Origin: Microcoleus sp.
GTDB taxonomy: Bacteria > Cyanobacteriota > Cyanobacteriia > Cyanobacteriales > Microcoleaceae
NCBI GenBank assembly: GCA_052279835.1
Contig: CP181291.1
Coordinates: 1,856,001-1,920,000, forward strand
Direction: 5' to 3'
Length of the DNA stretch: 64,000 nt
Each line of letters opens with the position of its first letter. The first letter of the stretch is position 1. The position numbers and the translations under genes are program-made. Below the pieces are notes generated by a model. The model was not told where the DNA came from. It saw nothing but the letters and a program-made list of their open reading frames with translations, and ran no database searches. Positions 10,499-20,157 of this stretch are shown here, in pieces.

Positions 10499-12049
10499 AT
10501 GCCAAAACCTCGAATACAATATATTTGTCGGGAATGTGGGTATGAGTCGCCACAATATTTTGGCAGATGTCCTAGCTGTCAGAAGTGGGATTCTTTCGAC
10601 GAGCAGGTAGAACAATCTACCATTGCCGTACCACGGGCTGGTTTGACAGGGGTAACGACTAAGGCAGCAGGCGGTGCACCTCCTGATAAATCCAAGGGTC
10701 AACCCAGGGTATCTTTTAGATTATCGCAGATTGCTGACCAAACTCAATCTCGCTGGCCTTCGGGCTATGCTGAGTTCGATCGCGTGTTGGGAGGTGGTAT
10801 TGTTCCCGGTTCCCTGGTATTGATTGGGGGGGAACCGGGGATTGGGAAATCGACGTTGTTGTTGCAGGTGGCGAATCAGTTGGCGCGCAAGGATCGCATA
10901 CTGTATGTAAGTGCCGAGGAGTCTGGCCAGCAGGTGAAATTGCGATCGCAACGTTTGGGAGTCGCTAATCCGGTTGATTTGTCAAGTAAGAACTCTGATT
11001 TATCTGACAGTAACGGACACGCTAATAACGGGGCTGATCCAACTGATTCTGAGGATCATTCAGCGGATAATTTCTACTTACTTCCAGAGACGGATTTAGA
11101 AGTTGTGTTGCGGGAATTGGAAGCGCTAAAACCGAATGTAGCAGTTATTGACAGTATCCAGACTATTTATTTTGCTAGTTTAACATCAGCACCCGGATCG
11201 GTGGCTCAGGTGCGGGAATGTACCTCGGCTTTGATGCAGGTGGCAAAAAGAGAAAATATTACGTTATTTATTGTGGGTCATGTTACCAAAGATGGAGGTT
11301 TAGCCGGGCCGAGGGTCTTGGAACATTTAGTAGATACTGTACTATATTTTGAGGGCGATCGCTTTGCTTCCCATCGACTGTTGCGATCGATGAAAAACCG
11401 TTTCGGTGCAACTCATGAAATCGGAGTCTTTGAAATGGTAGCCGAGGGATTGCGAGAAGTAGACAATCCATCGGAGCTATTTTTAGGAAATCGGGACGAG
11501 TTTTCCCCCGGTACATCAACGACAGTGACTTGCGAAGGAACGAGACCAATTTTAGTAGAAATTCAAGCCTTAGTCAGCCCTGCAAGTTTTGGTTCCCCCC
11601 GCCGTTCTACCACGGGAGTGGATAATAGTAGATTGCAACAAATTTTAGCAGTTTTGGAAAAAAGAGTTGGGATTCCCCTGTCGAAATTAGATACAATTGT
11701 AGCATCCGTGGGAGGGTTGAAGGTAGAAGAACCGGCGGCGGATTTGGCAGTGGCGATCGCTGTTGTAGCCAGTTTTCGCGATCGCATAGTTGATGCTAGG
11801 ACAGTGTTACTAGGAGAAGTCGGTTTAGGTGGACAAGTTCGCCCTGTTTCTCAATTAGAATTAAGGCTGAGAGAAGCCGCGAAACTAGGTTTTAAAAAAG
11901 CAATTATTCCTAAGAATCAACCCGTGCCAAATTTGGGGATGCAGATTATTCCAGTCGCCAAGGTAATTGATGCAATCATTGCAGCTATTCCCGCAACTCC
12001 CACTCAATTGCAGTCCATTGAAGTCGAGGAAATGGAAGAAATGGAGTAA
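10499..12049 (+). CDS. radA: DNA repair protein RadA/Sms
   Basis: C4 Zn finger, GEPGIGKS, KNRFG motif, Lon-like C-terminus. Confidence 0.97.
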   Translation: MPKPRIQYICRECGYESPQYFGRCPSCQKWDSFDEQVEQSTIAVPRAGLTGVTTKAAGGAPPDKSKGQPRVSFRLSQIADQTQSRWPSGYAEFDRVLGGGIVPGSLVLIGGEPGIGKSTLLLQVANQLARKDRILYVSAEESGQQVKLRSQRLGVANPVDLSSKNSDLSDSNGHANNGADPTDSEDHSADNFYLLPETDLEVVLRELEALKPNVAVIDSIQTIYFASLTSAPGSVAQVRECTSALMQVAKRENITLFIVGHVTKDGGLAGPRVLEHLVDTVLYFEGDRFASHRLLRSMKNRFGATHEIGVFEMVAEGLREVDNPSELFLGNRDEFSPGTSTTVTCEGTRPILVEIQALVSPASFGSPRRSTTGVDNSRLQQILAVLEKRVGIPLSKLDTIVASVGGLKVEEPAADLAVAIAVVASFRDRIVDARTVLLGEVGLGGQVRPVSQLELRLREAAKLGFKKAIIPKNQPVPNLGMQIIPVAKVIDAIIAAIPATPTQLQSIEVEEMEEME

Positions 12050-12160
12050 GATCAATTTCATAAAGTAGCGCTACATATCTACCCCCCCAACCCCCCCTTG
12101 CCAAGGGGGGGCTTTGAACTACATCTGTAGTAGGACTTTATGAAAATGGTATAAGATCAA
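12047..12160. mobile_element. Small MITE-like inverted-repeat element
   Basis: IR TTTCATAAAGT (12056-12066)/ACTTTATGAAA (12135-12145); internal CCCCCCCTTG-CC-AAGGGGGGG hairpin; direct repeat TAAGATCAA at 12047 and 12152. Confidence 0.55.
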
Positions 12161-13560
12161 AAAATCATCTTAACATATTGTTTTAACACAGGTGGAATCG
12201 TGAAAATCGTTTCAGATTCACAGCTCAATTTTGCAATGATGCCCCGTCTGTCTAAAGATTGAATTGCTTTAAATAATTCGCCCTGGGAACCTTGACATTT
12301 TGACATCAATAAGGTCAAGGAAACAGGTTCGGTTTCATTGCTGATTAGGGCGATCGCCTGTTTTTCTATTTCCGACAACCGCTGATAGTGCTGCTGCAAT
12401 ATCGGTGTCAATTCGTCACCTAAAAATACTGGTTGATAGCTTAAATATTGAGAGACTCTACCGCCAAATAAGTTTTTTATAGTTTGAGCGACTAATTTTA
12501 ACCATAAGGGATTACCTTGATAAAGGTCAATTAATTCTGGCCATTGTTCTTCATCCAATAAACGTTTCTCTCTCAGAATTTCTGTTGCTGCTTCACCTAA
12601 ACCGGTTAACTGCAACAAACAGACTGCTGAATTATCGTCGGTGAATGTGAGGATGTCTGAGGGGGGTTCCCAACTATTGAGGATTAAGCAGCTATTGTGG
12701 GGAATTTCGCCGATGAGTTTAAATAGGGTTCCGTAATTTTCATATCCGGGTTTGTAATTTCCTGCAAGTTGCCCGCTGCTGAGTATTTGCTGCACGTCAT
12801 CTAGGATAATGAGACAGCGATTTTCGCGCAATGTTTCTATCAGGATTGACAACTGAGCATCGATGTTGGCGGGTATGTTAATTTCTGGTTGATTTGAGAG
12901 AAATTGAATCAGGTTTTTGAGGGTGGTTTCTAGGGGTGGGGAGGTGCGGAGACTGCGCCAGATGATGCGATCGAACTGAGTTTGAATTTGGGGGATGAGG
13001 TTACGGGCGATCGCGCTTTTGCCGGTGCCACTCATGCCTGTGATGGTGAGGAGGCGGCAGTTTTGGCGGGCGATCGCATTTTCGAGGGTGGTGAGGGGTG
13101 AGGATGTGGAATTGTAGAAGGTTTTGATCTCCGGTGCATCTCTTAAATCAACTCGCGGTTTCTGTTGGGTGTTGTCTTCAGTTGAGGTTTGCGTTGGGGG
13201 TGAGTTTTGTGGAGTTTTTGGAGGATGTGAGTTTTCTGTGCAAACGTTGATGCTACCTTTGTTTTGTACAAGGTTAAAGTTTACAAAATTAGAAGATTTA
13301 GAAATTTCATACCTCTCTATTGTGGAGCGCAAATTTGATTTCATTACATCTTCATCTAATATTTCTGAAAGAGTTTGCCATAACTTTGAGGCAATATTTC
13401 TGACATGGCGTTCAGTACAATGAACCTCTTTAGAAATTTCGGAGTATCTTTTACCTTGCCACGTTCCCCGTACTACTGCCTGCTGCATATCGTCCAATCG
13501 TTTGCCCGTCTTAGCGAACACCAAGCCATCGGCAAACCTTAAGAGTTCTTGAACATCCAT
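12157..13560 (-). CDS. STAND (NB-ARC/NACHT-like) ATPase with N-terminal HTH and no C-terminal repeat domain
   Basis: HTH GTWQGKRYSEIS...ASKLWQTLS; Walker A GMSGTGKS; Walker B LIILDD; GNPLWL; terminal winged helix. Confidence 0.85.
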   Translation of the reverse strand: MDVQELLRFADGLVFAKTGKRLDDMQQAVVRGTWQGKRYSEISKEVHCTERHVRNIASKLWQTLSEILDEDVMKSNLRSTIERYEISKSSNFVNFNLVQNKGSINVCTENSHPPKTPQNSPPTQTSTEDNTQQKPRVDLRDAPEIKTFYNSTSSPLTTLENAIARQNCRLLTITGMSGTGKSAIARNLIPQIQTQFDRIIWRSLRTSPPLETTLKNLIQFLSNQPEINIPANIDAQLSILIETLRENRCLIILDDVQQILSSGQLAGNYKPGYENYGTLFKLIGEIPHNSCLILNSWEPPSDILTFTDDNSAVCLLQLTGLGEAATEILREKRLLDEEQWPELIDLYQGNPLWLKLVAQTIKNLFGGRVSQYLSYQPVFLGDELTPILQQHYQRLSEIEKQAIALISNETEPVSLTLLMSKCQGSQGELFKAIQSLDRRGIIAKLSCESETIFTIPPVLKQYVKMIF

Positions 13561-13979
13561 TTATTGGGTAGGTGTAGGAGGTTTTATCTATTTTATCAGA
13601 CTTTTTATGACTTTTTATGGCCCAGAAGGGCAAAATATGACTTTTAACGGCTAACTAATTTTATTAACTCCTGGCAAATTGTGACACGATCCTACTTTCC
13701 AATACATAAAACTTAAATTAAAATTTAGTTACGGACTTTAAAACAATCTTAGGCAACCTAAAAGATTTTAATAATGTAAATCTGATGGGCGCAACTATGC
13801 CAGATAGCACCGTGCATCCCTAACGGTTCAAAAAGTTACTCAAAATGTGGGTACATCCGTGAGTTCAGCGGTTAAAAAAGTTGCTCAAACTGTAACCGCA
13901 TCAGTGAGCGATGTTCAGGGGATTTTAGACACGTAAAATGTTCGTAAAAATTTTGTAATTTACAAGAGGATTAAAAACC

Positions 13980-14480
13980 ATGTCTAGTGCATTATCCCTA
14001 CCGCAAGCTAATTTAAAAATGGCTCTATGGCAAGTCGATGCTGATGCAATGAGTAGCACCGACTTGTATGTGTGGTTAAATGATATCGGCTTGCCGCATG
14101 AAGTCTCGATCCGGCTGCATGAACTTGCCACATACACGAAAAAAGCTGCTAACAAAGTTTTACTCATAGGCAAAATTCTCGTCATTAAAATCATAGAATT
14201 TGTCAAAGCGCATCCCCATTTAGCGATCGGGGTTGCTGTTGGTGTCGCTGTAGAAATTTTGGCAAATTCGATACCATTTGTCGGCCCGTTATTAGCACCT
14301 TTGGCAACAGCGCTGGGTATCCCAATTGGTGCCATAGCCGGCCACCGACTCGATAGAGGCCAAGAGGTGTCTGATGGAATTATTGGAATTGTTCAAGAGA
14401 TTATTGAGATTGCCAAAGCATTTTTTCAATTACTGATAGACGTTTTCAATACAATTTTCCGCAACGTCATCACTGCTTAA
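13980..14480 (+). CDS. Hypothetical protein with Gly/Ala-rich hydrophobic hairpin
   Basis: SD AGAGGA; hydrophobic AIGVAVGVAV...IPFVGPLLAPLA...GAIAG. Confidence 0.75.
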   Translation: MSSALSLPQANLKMALWQVDADAMSSTDLYVWLNDIGLPHEVSIRLHELATYTKKAANKVLLIGKILVIKIIEFVKAHPHLAIGVAVGVAVEILANSIPFVGPLLAPLATALGIPIGAIAGHRLDRGQEVSDGIIGIVQEIIEIAKAFFQLLIDVFNTIFRNVITA

Positions 14481-14513
14481 CTGCCCAAATTAGCAAAAAG
14501 ATTGAGGTCTAAT

Positions 14514-15044
14514 ATGTCTGCAAATAAAACGCCAACCAAAGATCAAATTCTGAAGTCAATAGAGCAACTGGAAAAAAACCCACATGATAAATTAGGCATT
14601 TTAGGAGAGATTGGTATTGGTGTGGTGGGGGCTGCCGGTGCAGGTGCGGCGGTGGCAGCTTTCGGTGGTGCATCATTTCTATTTGGGTTAGTAGCCGTTG
14701 CACCTCCCGTAGGATTAGTTGTTGGCGGTGCAGCTTTAGGTGCTGCTGGTCTTGTAGGGGTAAAACGAATGTTATTTGATGGCACTTTTAATGAGGGAAA
14801 ACAAGCAGAAATGCTGAAAAACTTAAAAGAACAGCTAAGAGATGTTGAAGCCAAAGAAAGAGCCTCTAAGCTGGGAGACAGCGATAAAACTAAATTTATT
14901 GTTTCCTTGAAAGAACCCGTCAGACTCAATTTAATTAGCCCGAAAGACGCTCAGGATTTAATTAGGGCCGTAGAAAACGGTAAAATGGCAATCAAAGAGG
15001 CGATTAAAATGGTTGAGGATGTGGTTAAAGCTGCTAAACCATAA
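14514..15044 (+). CDS. Hypothetical glycine-zipper membrane protein
   Basis: SD GAGGT before ATG 14514; about 55-aa G/A/V stretch followed by a charged helical domain. Confidence 0.75.
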   Translation: MSANKTPTKDQILKSIEQLEKNPHDKLGILGEIGIGVVGAAGAGAAVAAFGGASFLFGLVAVAPPVGLVVGGAALGAAGLVGVKRMLFDGTFNEGKQAEMLKNLKEQLRDVEAKERASKLGDSDKTKFIVSLKEPVRLNLISPKDAQDLIRAVENGKMAIKEAIKMVEDVVKAAKP

Positions 15045-15125
15045 CTGCCTTCTGACTGCGTAACCTGGGAATGCTAAGTTGTAAGTCTGCGATCGCCCTT
15101 CCTTGAGTAAGCGTGCGATCGCTCT

Positions 15126-15452
15126 TTATAAGTGACTATACTCTAATTCTTGCCATTCTCTATCTTTCTGGTAATGCTGCAACATTGCCTCAGCTTGTTT
15201 TTCTAAAATATTTCGCCTCTCTTCTAGTGGCAATTGCATAAATTATCGGCGACTGGGATAGTTAGCTAGTGTTGGTGTTTCTAAAGCTATATCCGTTGGC
15301 TGTTGTTGAATCTTACGCTGACAATTTAATGCTTCTATTCGATCGCCTTCTGTTTCCTCCGCTGCAATGTCAGCATCAATTTCCTCTCGGTTAGCATGGT
15401 AATAAGTCAAAGCTGCATAGACTTGGGTGAGAGTTAAATGCCCGATGCGATC
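15126..15452 (-). pseudogene. 5'-truncated DUF433 antitoxin fused to a second antitoxin-like segment, in-frame stop
   Basis: DRIGHLTLTQVYAALTYYHANREEID...SRR*FMQLPLEERRNILEKQAEAMLQHYQKDREWQEL*; internal TAA at 15243-15245. Confidence 0.7.
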
Positions 15453-15844
15453 GGAAATACACTAATCGATCCAAACTGACGGAAATGATGATCTAAGGAG
15501 AAAGCTTGATTAACTCCGAACTTTTCCATCACTACTTTACTGCTACAATCTGTAAAACTCCATCCCTTATCTGAAAATTGTCGAAAGACTTGCCAAGTTA
15601 ATCGAATATCCTCTTCTGTTAGATAATAGACGGTGGCAATTTTACCCGTAAACAACCCTTCTCCCAAAGCCATAGCTCGTGAATTATGTCCACGAACTCT
15701 CAAAAGAGTTAGTGTTTCATCTATGACATAATCTGTTGTTAGCAGAGGTTGAGTATTTTGGCGCATCCAAATGGTAGCCACCTGATGATCGGCATCTGAA
15801 GGGACTACACTAGCAAACCAAGCACTTGTATCGACCAATATCAT
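15434..15844 (-). CDS. vapC: PIN-domain VapC-family toxin
   Basis: ILVDTSAW, VIDET, SFTDC, SLDHHF acidic catalytic residues. Confidence 0.9.
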   Translation of the reverse strand: MILVDTSAWFASVVPSDADHQVATIWMRQNTQPLLTTDYVIDETLTLLRVRGHNSRAMALGEGLFTGKIATVYYLTEEDIRLTWQVFRQFSDKGWSFTDCSSKVVMEKFGVNQAFSLDHHFRQFGSISVFPIASGI

Positions 15845-16074
15845 AGTAAATTTTGATCGGGATAAAGAATTTTATCATGGTCTCGACCAGAGAATGTATC
15901 TGCATTCTCTTCTAATGGTAAAGCTGCGATATCTGCCAGAATATCAGCAGGATTTTTATGCTCAGAATGAGACGGTTTCGGAATAACGATTATTTCAACA
16001 CTGGTTCCATCTGGGAGTTCCATTGGCTGCATTAGCCGCAACACACCCTTTTCATAAATGGCTGCAATTGTCAT
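15841..16074 (-). CDS. AF2212/DUF104-like antitoxin
   Basis: IAAIYEKGVLRL...LPDGTSVEI; ATGA overlap with vapC; SD AAGGAG. Confidence 0.85.
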   Translation of the reverse strand: MTIAAIYEKGVLRLMQPMELPDGTSVEIIVIPKPSHSEHKNPADILADIAALPLEENADTFSGRDHDKILYPDQNLL

Positions 16075-16140
16075 TATTATCTCCTTGTGTTATTTGAATT
16101 AAAATCGGAAACTAACTCAGCCTTATTATAACATTAACTT

Positions 16141-16512
16141 TCATTTGTGCGACTCTATTTCAGAACCTTTCTCGCGACGCACTTCCCGCACAAGTTCGCA
16201 AATTTCTTCCATTGTTAACTCATCAGGATCGGGACTCGCTGCTTCTACTCGCCGTTCCCATTCCTCCCAGTCGAAACCTGCTACCTTCTGAAAAACAATA
16301 CTATCTGCGGTGACAGTAACTGTATATCGATCCCCAGGTTTCAGTTGAGCTTCAATCTCAGCGGGAATTGCTAACTTACCGTCGGGGTTGACAGGAACAG
16401 TAATATTTGATTTCCGAATGTACTCTTGCAGGTGTTAGACAACTCTATATTGCAGAGTTTCCGGCAGAGATTCCATGATTTTAACCAAAGTTGCGATCGC
16501 CCTTGATGACAT
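16141..16512 (-). pseudogene. Chimeric antitoxin pseudogene (helical N-part plus AbrB/MazE-like domain)
   Basis: SD GGAGG; MSSRAIATLVKIMESLPETLQYRVV*HLQEY...VNPDGKLAIPAEIEAQLKPGDRY...LTMEEICELVREVRR; stop at 16435-16437. Confidence 0.65.
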
Positions 16513-16642
16513 AGCTTTATCCTCCATTGTTTATACGGCTAATTAAAGTTCCTATATCAGTGATAGTTGACAAGATTTTTTCGTCGCCCATTCCCGATCG
16601 TTCTTTTATCTAAAATAGCACTGTCAGAGCAAGAGCAGTAGT

Positions 16643-16849
16643 TTAGGCACTCAATACCTCAAATGTAGTTAGCAGACGGGGGGAAGTTTTAGGCAGAGGA
16701 AATTCTTCTAAATAAAGTTCCGTTGCCTCTTTGAGATTGGCGATCGCCTCTTCTATCGTTTCTCCTTGGCTAGCCGTTCCCACTTCAGGACACTCGGCTA
16801 CATAAACATCCTCTTCCCAATAAACAATTGCCGTGAAAGTACAAGACAT
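16643..16849 (-). CDS. hicB: HicB-family antitoxin (orphan)
   Basis: YVAECPEVGTASQGETIEEAIANLKEATELYL. Confidence 0.9.
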   Translation of the reverse strand: MSCTFTAIVYWEEDVYVAECPEVGTASQGETIEEAIANLKEATELYLEEFPLPKTSPRLLTTFEVLSA

Positions 16850-16969
16850 TTTTTTGCCAAATTCTTCCTACTCAATATAGCATATCCAGTAGCGTTTTTC
16901 AGTCACGATCGCCCTTCCCATTCCTCTACGTGATATAATTAAAACTATTGCAGCCAAAAGGTGAACGGC

Positions 16970-17708
16970 ATGGTTCAACAACTCGCCCCACAAACAACAC
17001 CAGAAATCATCTATCCAGACAGCGACGGTCAACCAATGGCAGACAACACCAAACAATTCCGCTGGATTGTCACAATCAAGGAAAACCTAGAAATATTATT
17101 CGCTAATTCCCCTGACGTATTTATCGCCGGTGACTTACTCTGGTATCCCGTCGAAGGCGATAATAAAATTCGCAAAGCACCTGATATATTAGCAGTCTTT
17201 GGCAGACCAAAAGGAGACAGGGGTTCTTACAAACAATGGGAAGAAGATAATATTCCGCCTCAAGTGGTATTTGAAATATTATCCCCTGGAAATACCAGCA
17301 CAGAAATGCTCAGAAAACTATTCTTCTATCAAAACTATGGAGTAGAAGAATATTATATCTATGACCCAGATACATTAGAATTTACAGGCTCTCAACGAGT
17401 GGGCGATCGCCTAGAAGAAATCCCAGAAATCAACGGTTGGGTTAGCCCCCGGTTGGGGATACGGTTTCAACTGACACCAGAAACCCTGGAAATTTACCGC
17501 CCAGACGATCGCAAATTCCTCACTTCTGTAGAATTAGATCAACTTCGAGAACAGGAAAGCCAACGGGCCGATCGCGAACAGCAAGAAAAAGAACTTGCTC
17601 AACAACAGCTAGAAGCAGAAACGCACTCTGCGACAACAGGAACAGCAGCGCTATCAAGCTTTAATAGAATTGCTGCGAGAAAAAGGCATTGACCCCCAAC
17701 AATTGTAA
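16970..17708 (+). CDS. Uma2/DUF820 endonuclease; apparent +1 frameshift near the 3' end
   Basis: YPDSDGQPMADNT, APD, VVFEILSPGN, GVEEYYIYDP; shifted frame gives LREKGIDPQQL* ending at 17708. Confidence 0.85.
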
Positions 17709-17786
17709 GGGCGATCGCCCGCCTAACACCAATTCCTCCAGACTTGCTACCCTAAAGAGAGTTCGATTTAATCAAAATCAGCAATT

Positions 17787-18677
17787 ATGAGCGGTACTGT
17801 TACATCCCCCAACAACCTCAACCAGCAGCGGCCACTCTCCACAGCATCCGCTGACACTTCGAGTTCCCTGCTGGGCGACTTCATCCAAGAAACACTCGCA
17901 TTAACCAAACGCCTGTTTATTCAATTACAGCGCCGCCCCTCGACGCTAGTTGCAGGAATTATTCAACCGCTGATGTGGTTGGTTTTGTTCGGCGCGCTGT
18001 TTGAAAATGCACCCGCCGGCTTGTTCGGAGAAAGCCAAAATTACGGACAATTTCTCGGCGCTGGTGTCATCGTTTTTACTGCCTTTGCAGGGGCGCTGAA
18101 TGCCGGTTTGCCGATTATGTTCGATCGCGAATTCGGATTTCTCAACCGCCTATTAGTCGCGCCCCTAGCTTCGAGATTTTCCATCGTCCTAGCTTCGGCT
18201 ATTTTCATCGTCACCCTCAGCTTCATCCAAACCGGCGCAATAGTCACCGCGGGCGCATTCTTGGGCGCGGGATTCCCTGGAATTGCCGGACTAGGGGCGA
18301 TCGCCCTCATAGTCCTGTTGTTAGTTTTGGGAGTCACGGGTTTGAGTCTCGGTTTAGCCTTCGCTCTTCCCGGTCACGTAGAATTAATTGCGGTAATTTT
18401 TGTTACTAACTTACCACTATTATTTGCCAGCACCGCCCTCGCGCCGCTGTCCTTTATGCCAGACTGGTTGCAAGTTGTGGTGACTCTCAATCCTCTCAGT
18501 TATGCGATCGAACCCATCCGCTATTTGTACCTGCACAGCGATTGGTCCCTAGCAAGTGTCGTCATGCAAGCTCCCTGGGGTAATGTCACCTTTGGAGGAG
18601 CGCTGTTAGTCTTGCTAGCCTTTGATGCAGTAGCATTGTTGAGCATTCAACCTCTGTTGCGACGGAGATTTGCTTAA
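17787..18677 (+). CDS. ABC-2 type transporter permease
   Basis: DREFGFLNRLLVAP, NPLSYAIE, six TM helices. Confidence 0.9.
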   Translation: MSGTVTSPNNLNQQRPLSTASADTSSSLLGDFIQETLALTKRLFIQLQRRPSTLVAGIIQPLMWLVLFGALFENAPAGLFGESQNYGQFLGAGVIVFTAFAGALNAGLPIMFDREFGFLNRLLVAPLASRFSIVLASAIFIVTLSFIQTGAIVTAGAFLGAGFPGIAGLGAIALIVLLLVLGVTGLSLGLAFALPGHVELIAVIFVTNLPLLFASTALAPLSFMPDWLQVVVTLNPLSYAIEPIRYLYLHSDWSLASVVMQAPWGNVTFGGALLVLLAFDAVALLSIQPLLRRRFA

Positions 18678-18778
18678 CCAGAATTTTCTGGAATATTTGT
18701 GCGATGTTAAATGTTAGATTTTAGATGGCTCCCACCGTGACGATCGGGGGATTGGCGATCTAAAATCTATCATTTTTC

Positions 18779-19207
18779 CTACTTACAACGACCCGCCGCC
18801 CAATTTTGATGTCCGCGATTTGGCTGACACTTTGATTGTCTGCCTATCCAAACAATTTCCCACTTATTTTGCTTGAATGCAAGTTCGATATGGTGGCGCA
18901 TTCCAGCGACAGAATCGTCAGCTAAACCAATGACTGTATGTACAATTACTGCTGTTTCTGGCAGGCGATATTCCACCGAAATTGCATCGCTTTTTCTGCC
19001 TTCAGATTCTCGATCGCTACTAAAGAGTTTAGCTGCGATATCTTTAGGGTTAGAGACGGTAATTTGGCGAGTACCCAGGAACTGTTTGACGTTAATTGAT
19101 TCGTAGTTAGAGCGAGTTGCCGGCTGCGCCATTGCTGCGATCGGAAGTTGGATGCAGGTGAAAACAGCTAGGAAAAAGAGCGATTCCTTGAGAATTAATT
19201 TATTCAT
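18779..19207 (-). CDS. Secreted hypothetical protein; probable start 19207
   Basis: Signal peptide MNKLILK...AMA; GLADDSVAG; CQPNRGHQNW...C; TAATG coupling to the GST gene. Confidence 0.7.
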   Translation of the reverse strand: MNKLILKESLFFLAVFTCIQLPIAAMAQPATRSNYESINVKQFLGTRQITVSNPKDIAAKLFSSDRESEGRKSDAISVEYRLPETAVIVHTVIGLADDSVAGMRHHIELAFKQNKWEIVWIGRQSKCQPNRGHQNWAAGRCK

Positions 19208-19866
19208 TATGCTGGAGATTGTGCGAGAAATTTTTGTCTCCTTGAGGCGAAAGCAGCCAAGTCTGCTTTGGTGAATTGGGTTTGCTCGAAGGAGGGACGG
19301 GAGATTAGGCGATCGCACCAAGCTTGAATTTTCGGATAGCCGTCTATAGATACATCAACCCAAGATAGCAAAGGGACGACGGTACCGGCAACGCAATCGG
19401 CATATGTCACATGGCTGCTAGCGAAAAAAGGGCGATCGTCCAACAAACCTTCAAAGAATGCCAACACAGTATGGACTTTTTCCTTAGCCTTTTCTATTGC
19501 TTGAGGTTCAGGAATTCCCCAGCCCATTACTTCACTGATGAGGGGGTAAAGTGCCGGCCCAAGTTCATTCACCGCGACTAATTGTACCATTTTCACAACT
19601 GCCAAATCTTTCGCATCTTTCGGGAGCATCGCCGGTTCGGGATACTTCGCTTCTAAATAGTCAAGAATTGCCAGAGACTCGACGACGGTGAAGTCATCAT
19701 CGACCAAAACTGGGATGCGGTGAAAAGGATTCATTTCCACAAATTCTGGCTTTAAATGATCGCCGTCCAAGTAGATTTCTACTAATTCAAAGTCGAGGTT
19801 TTTTTCGATGAGGGCTACCCACACGCGGCGGGAGTTGCTGGAAATGGGATTATGGTAAAGTTTCAT
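19207..19866 (-). CDS. Glutathione S-transferase
   Basis: MKLY...SSNSRRV, NPFHRIPVL, ESLAILDYL, TYAD. Confidence 0.93.
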   Translation of the reverse strand: MKLYHNPISSNSRRVWVALIEKNLDFELVEIYLDGDHLKPEFVEMNPFHRIPVLVDDDFTVVESLAILDYLEAKYPEPAMLPKDAKDLAVVKMVQLVAVNELGPALYPLISEVMGWGIPEPQAIEKAKEKVHTVLAFFEGLLDDRPFFASSHVTYADCVAGTVVPLLSWVDVSIDGYPKIQAWCDRLISRPSFEQTQFTKADLAAFASRRQKFLAQSPA

Positions 19867-19974
19867 AAATTTTGTCCCTGGTTATTGAGGGTGATATGTT
19901 AAGGATATAGTCAAACAACAGTCTCTTATTGGGTTTAACCTTACCTTAAGTTAACACCAATGAGCACCGACACA

Positions 19975-20157
19975 CCCCCAGCCCCTCTCTAGAGGGGAGC
20001 TAGATTCCCCTCTAGAGAGGGGGAATGAAATCCGGTTCCCCTCTAGAGAGGGGGAATGAAATCCGGTTCCCCTCCAGAGAGGGGGAATGAAATCCGGTTC
20101 CCCTCCAGGGAGGGGGAATGAAATCCGGTTCCCCTCCAGGGAGGGGTTAGGGGTGGG
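19975..20157. repeat. Tandem 31-bp palindromic repeat (4 full copies plus partial)
   Basis: Unit TTCCCCTCTAGAGAGGGGGAATGAAATCCGG at 20005, 20036, 20067, 20098, partial at 20129. Confidence 0.9.

Noticed and set aside
10960..11070. Possible intein in RadA
   Set aside because: Only about 35 aa, low complexity, no splicing motifs
13815..13937. Short frame upstream of the 13980 gene
   Set aside because: No convincing start or SD; at most a gene remnant
20005..20146. Possible CRISPR array
   Set aside because: Units are contiguous with identical linkers; no unique spacers or cas genes
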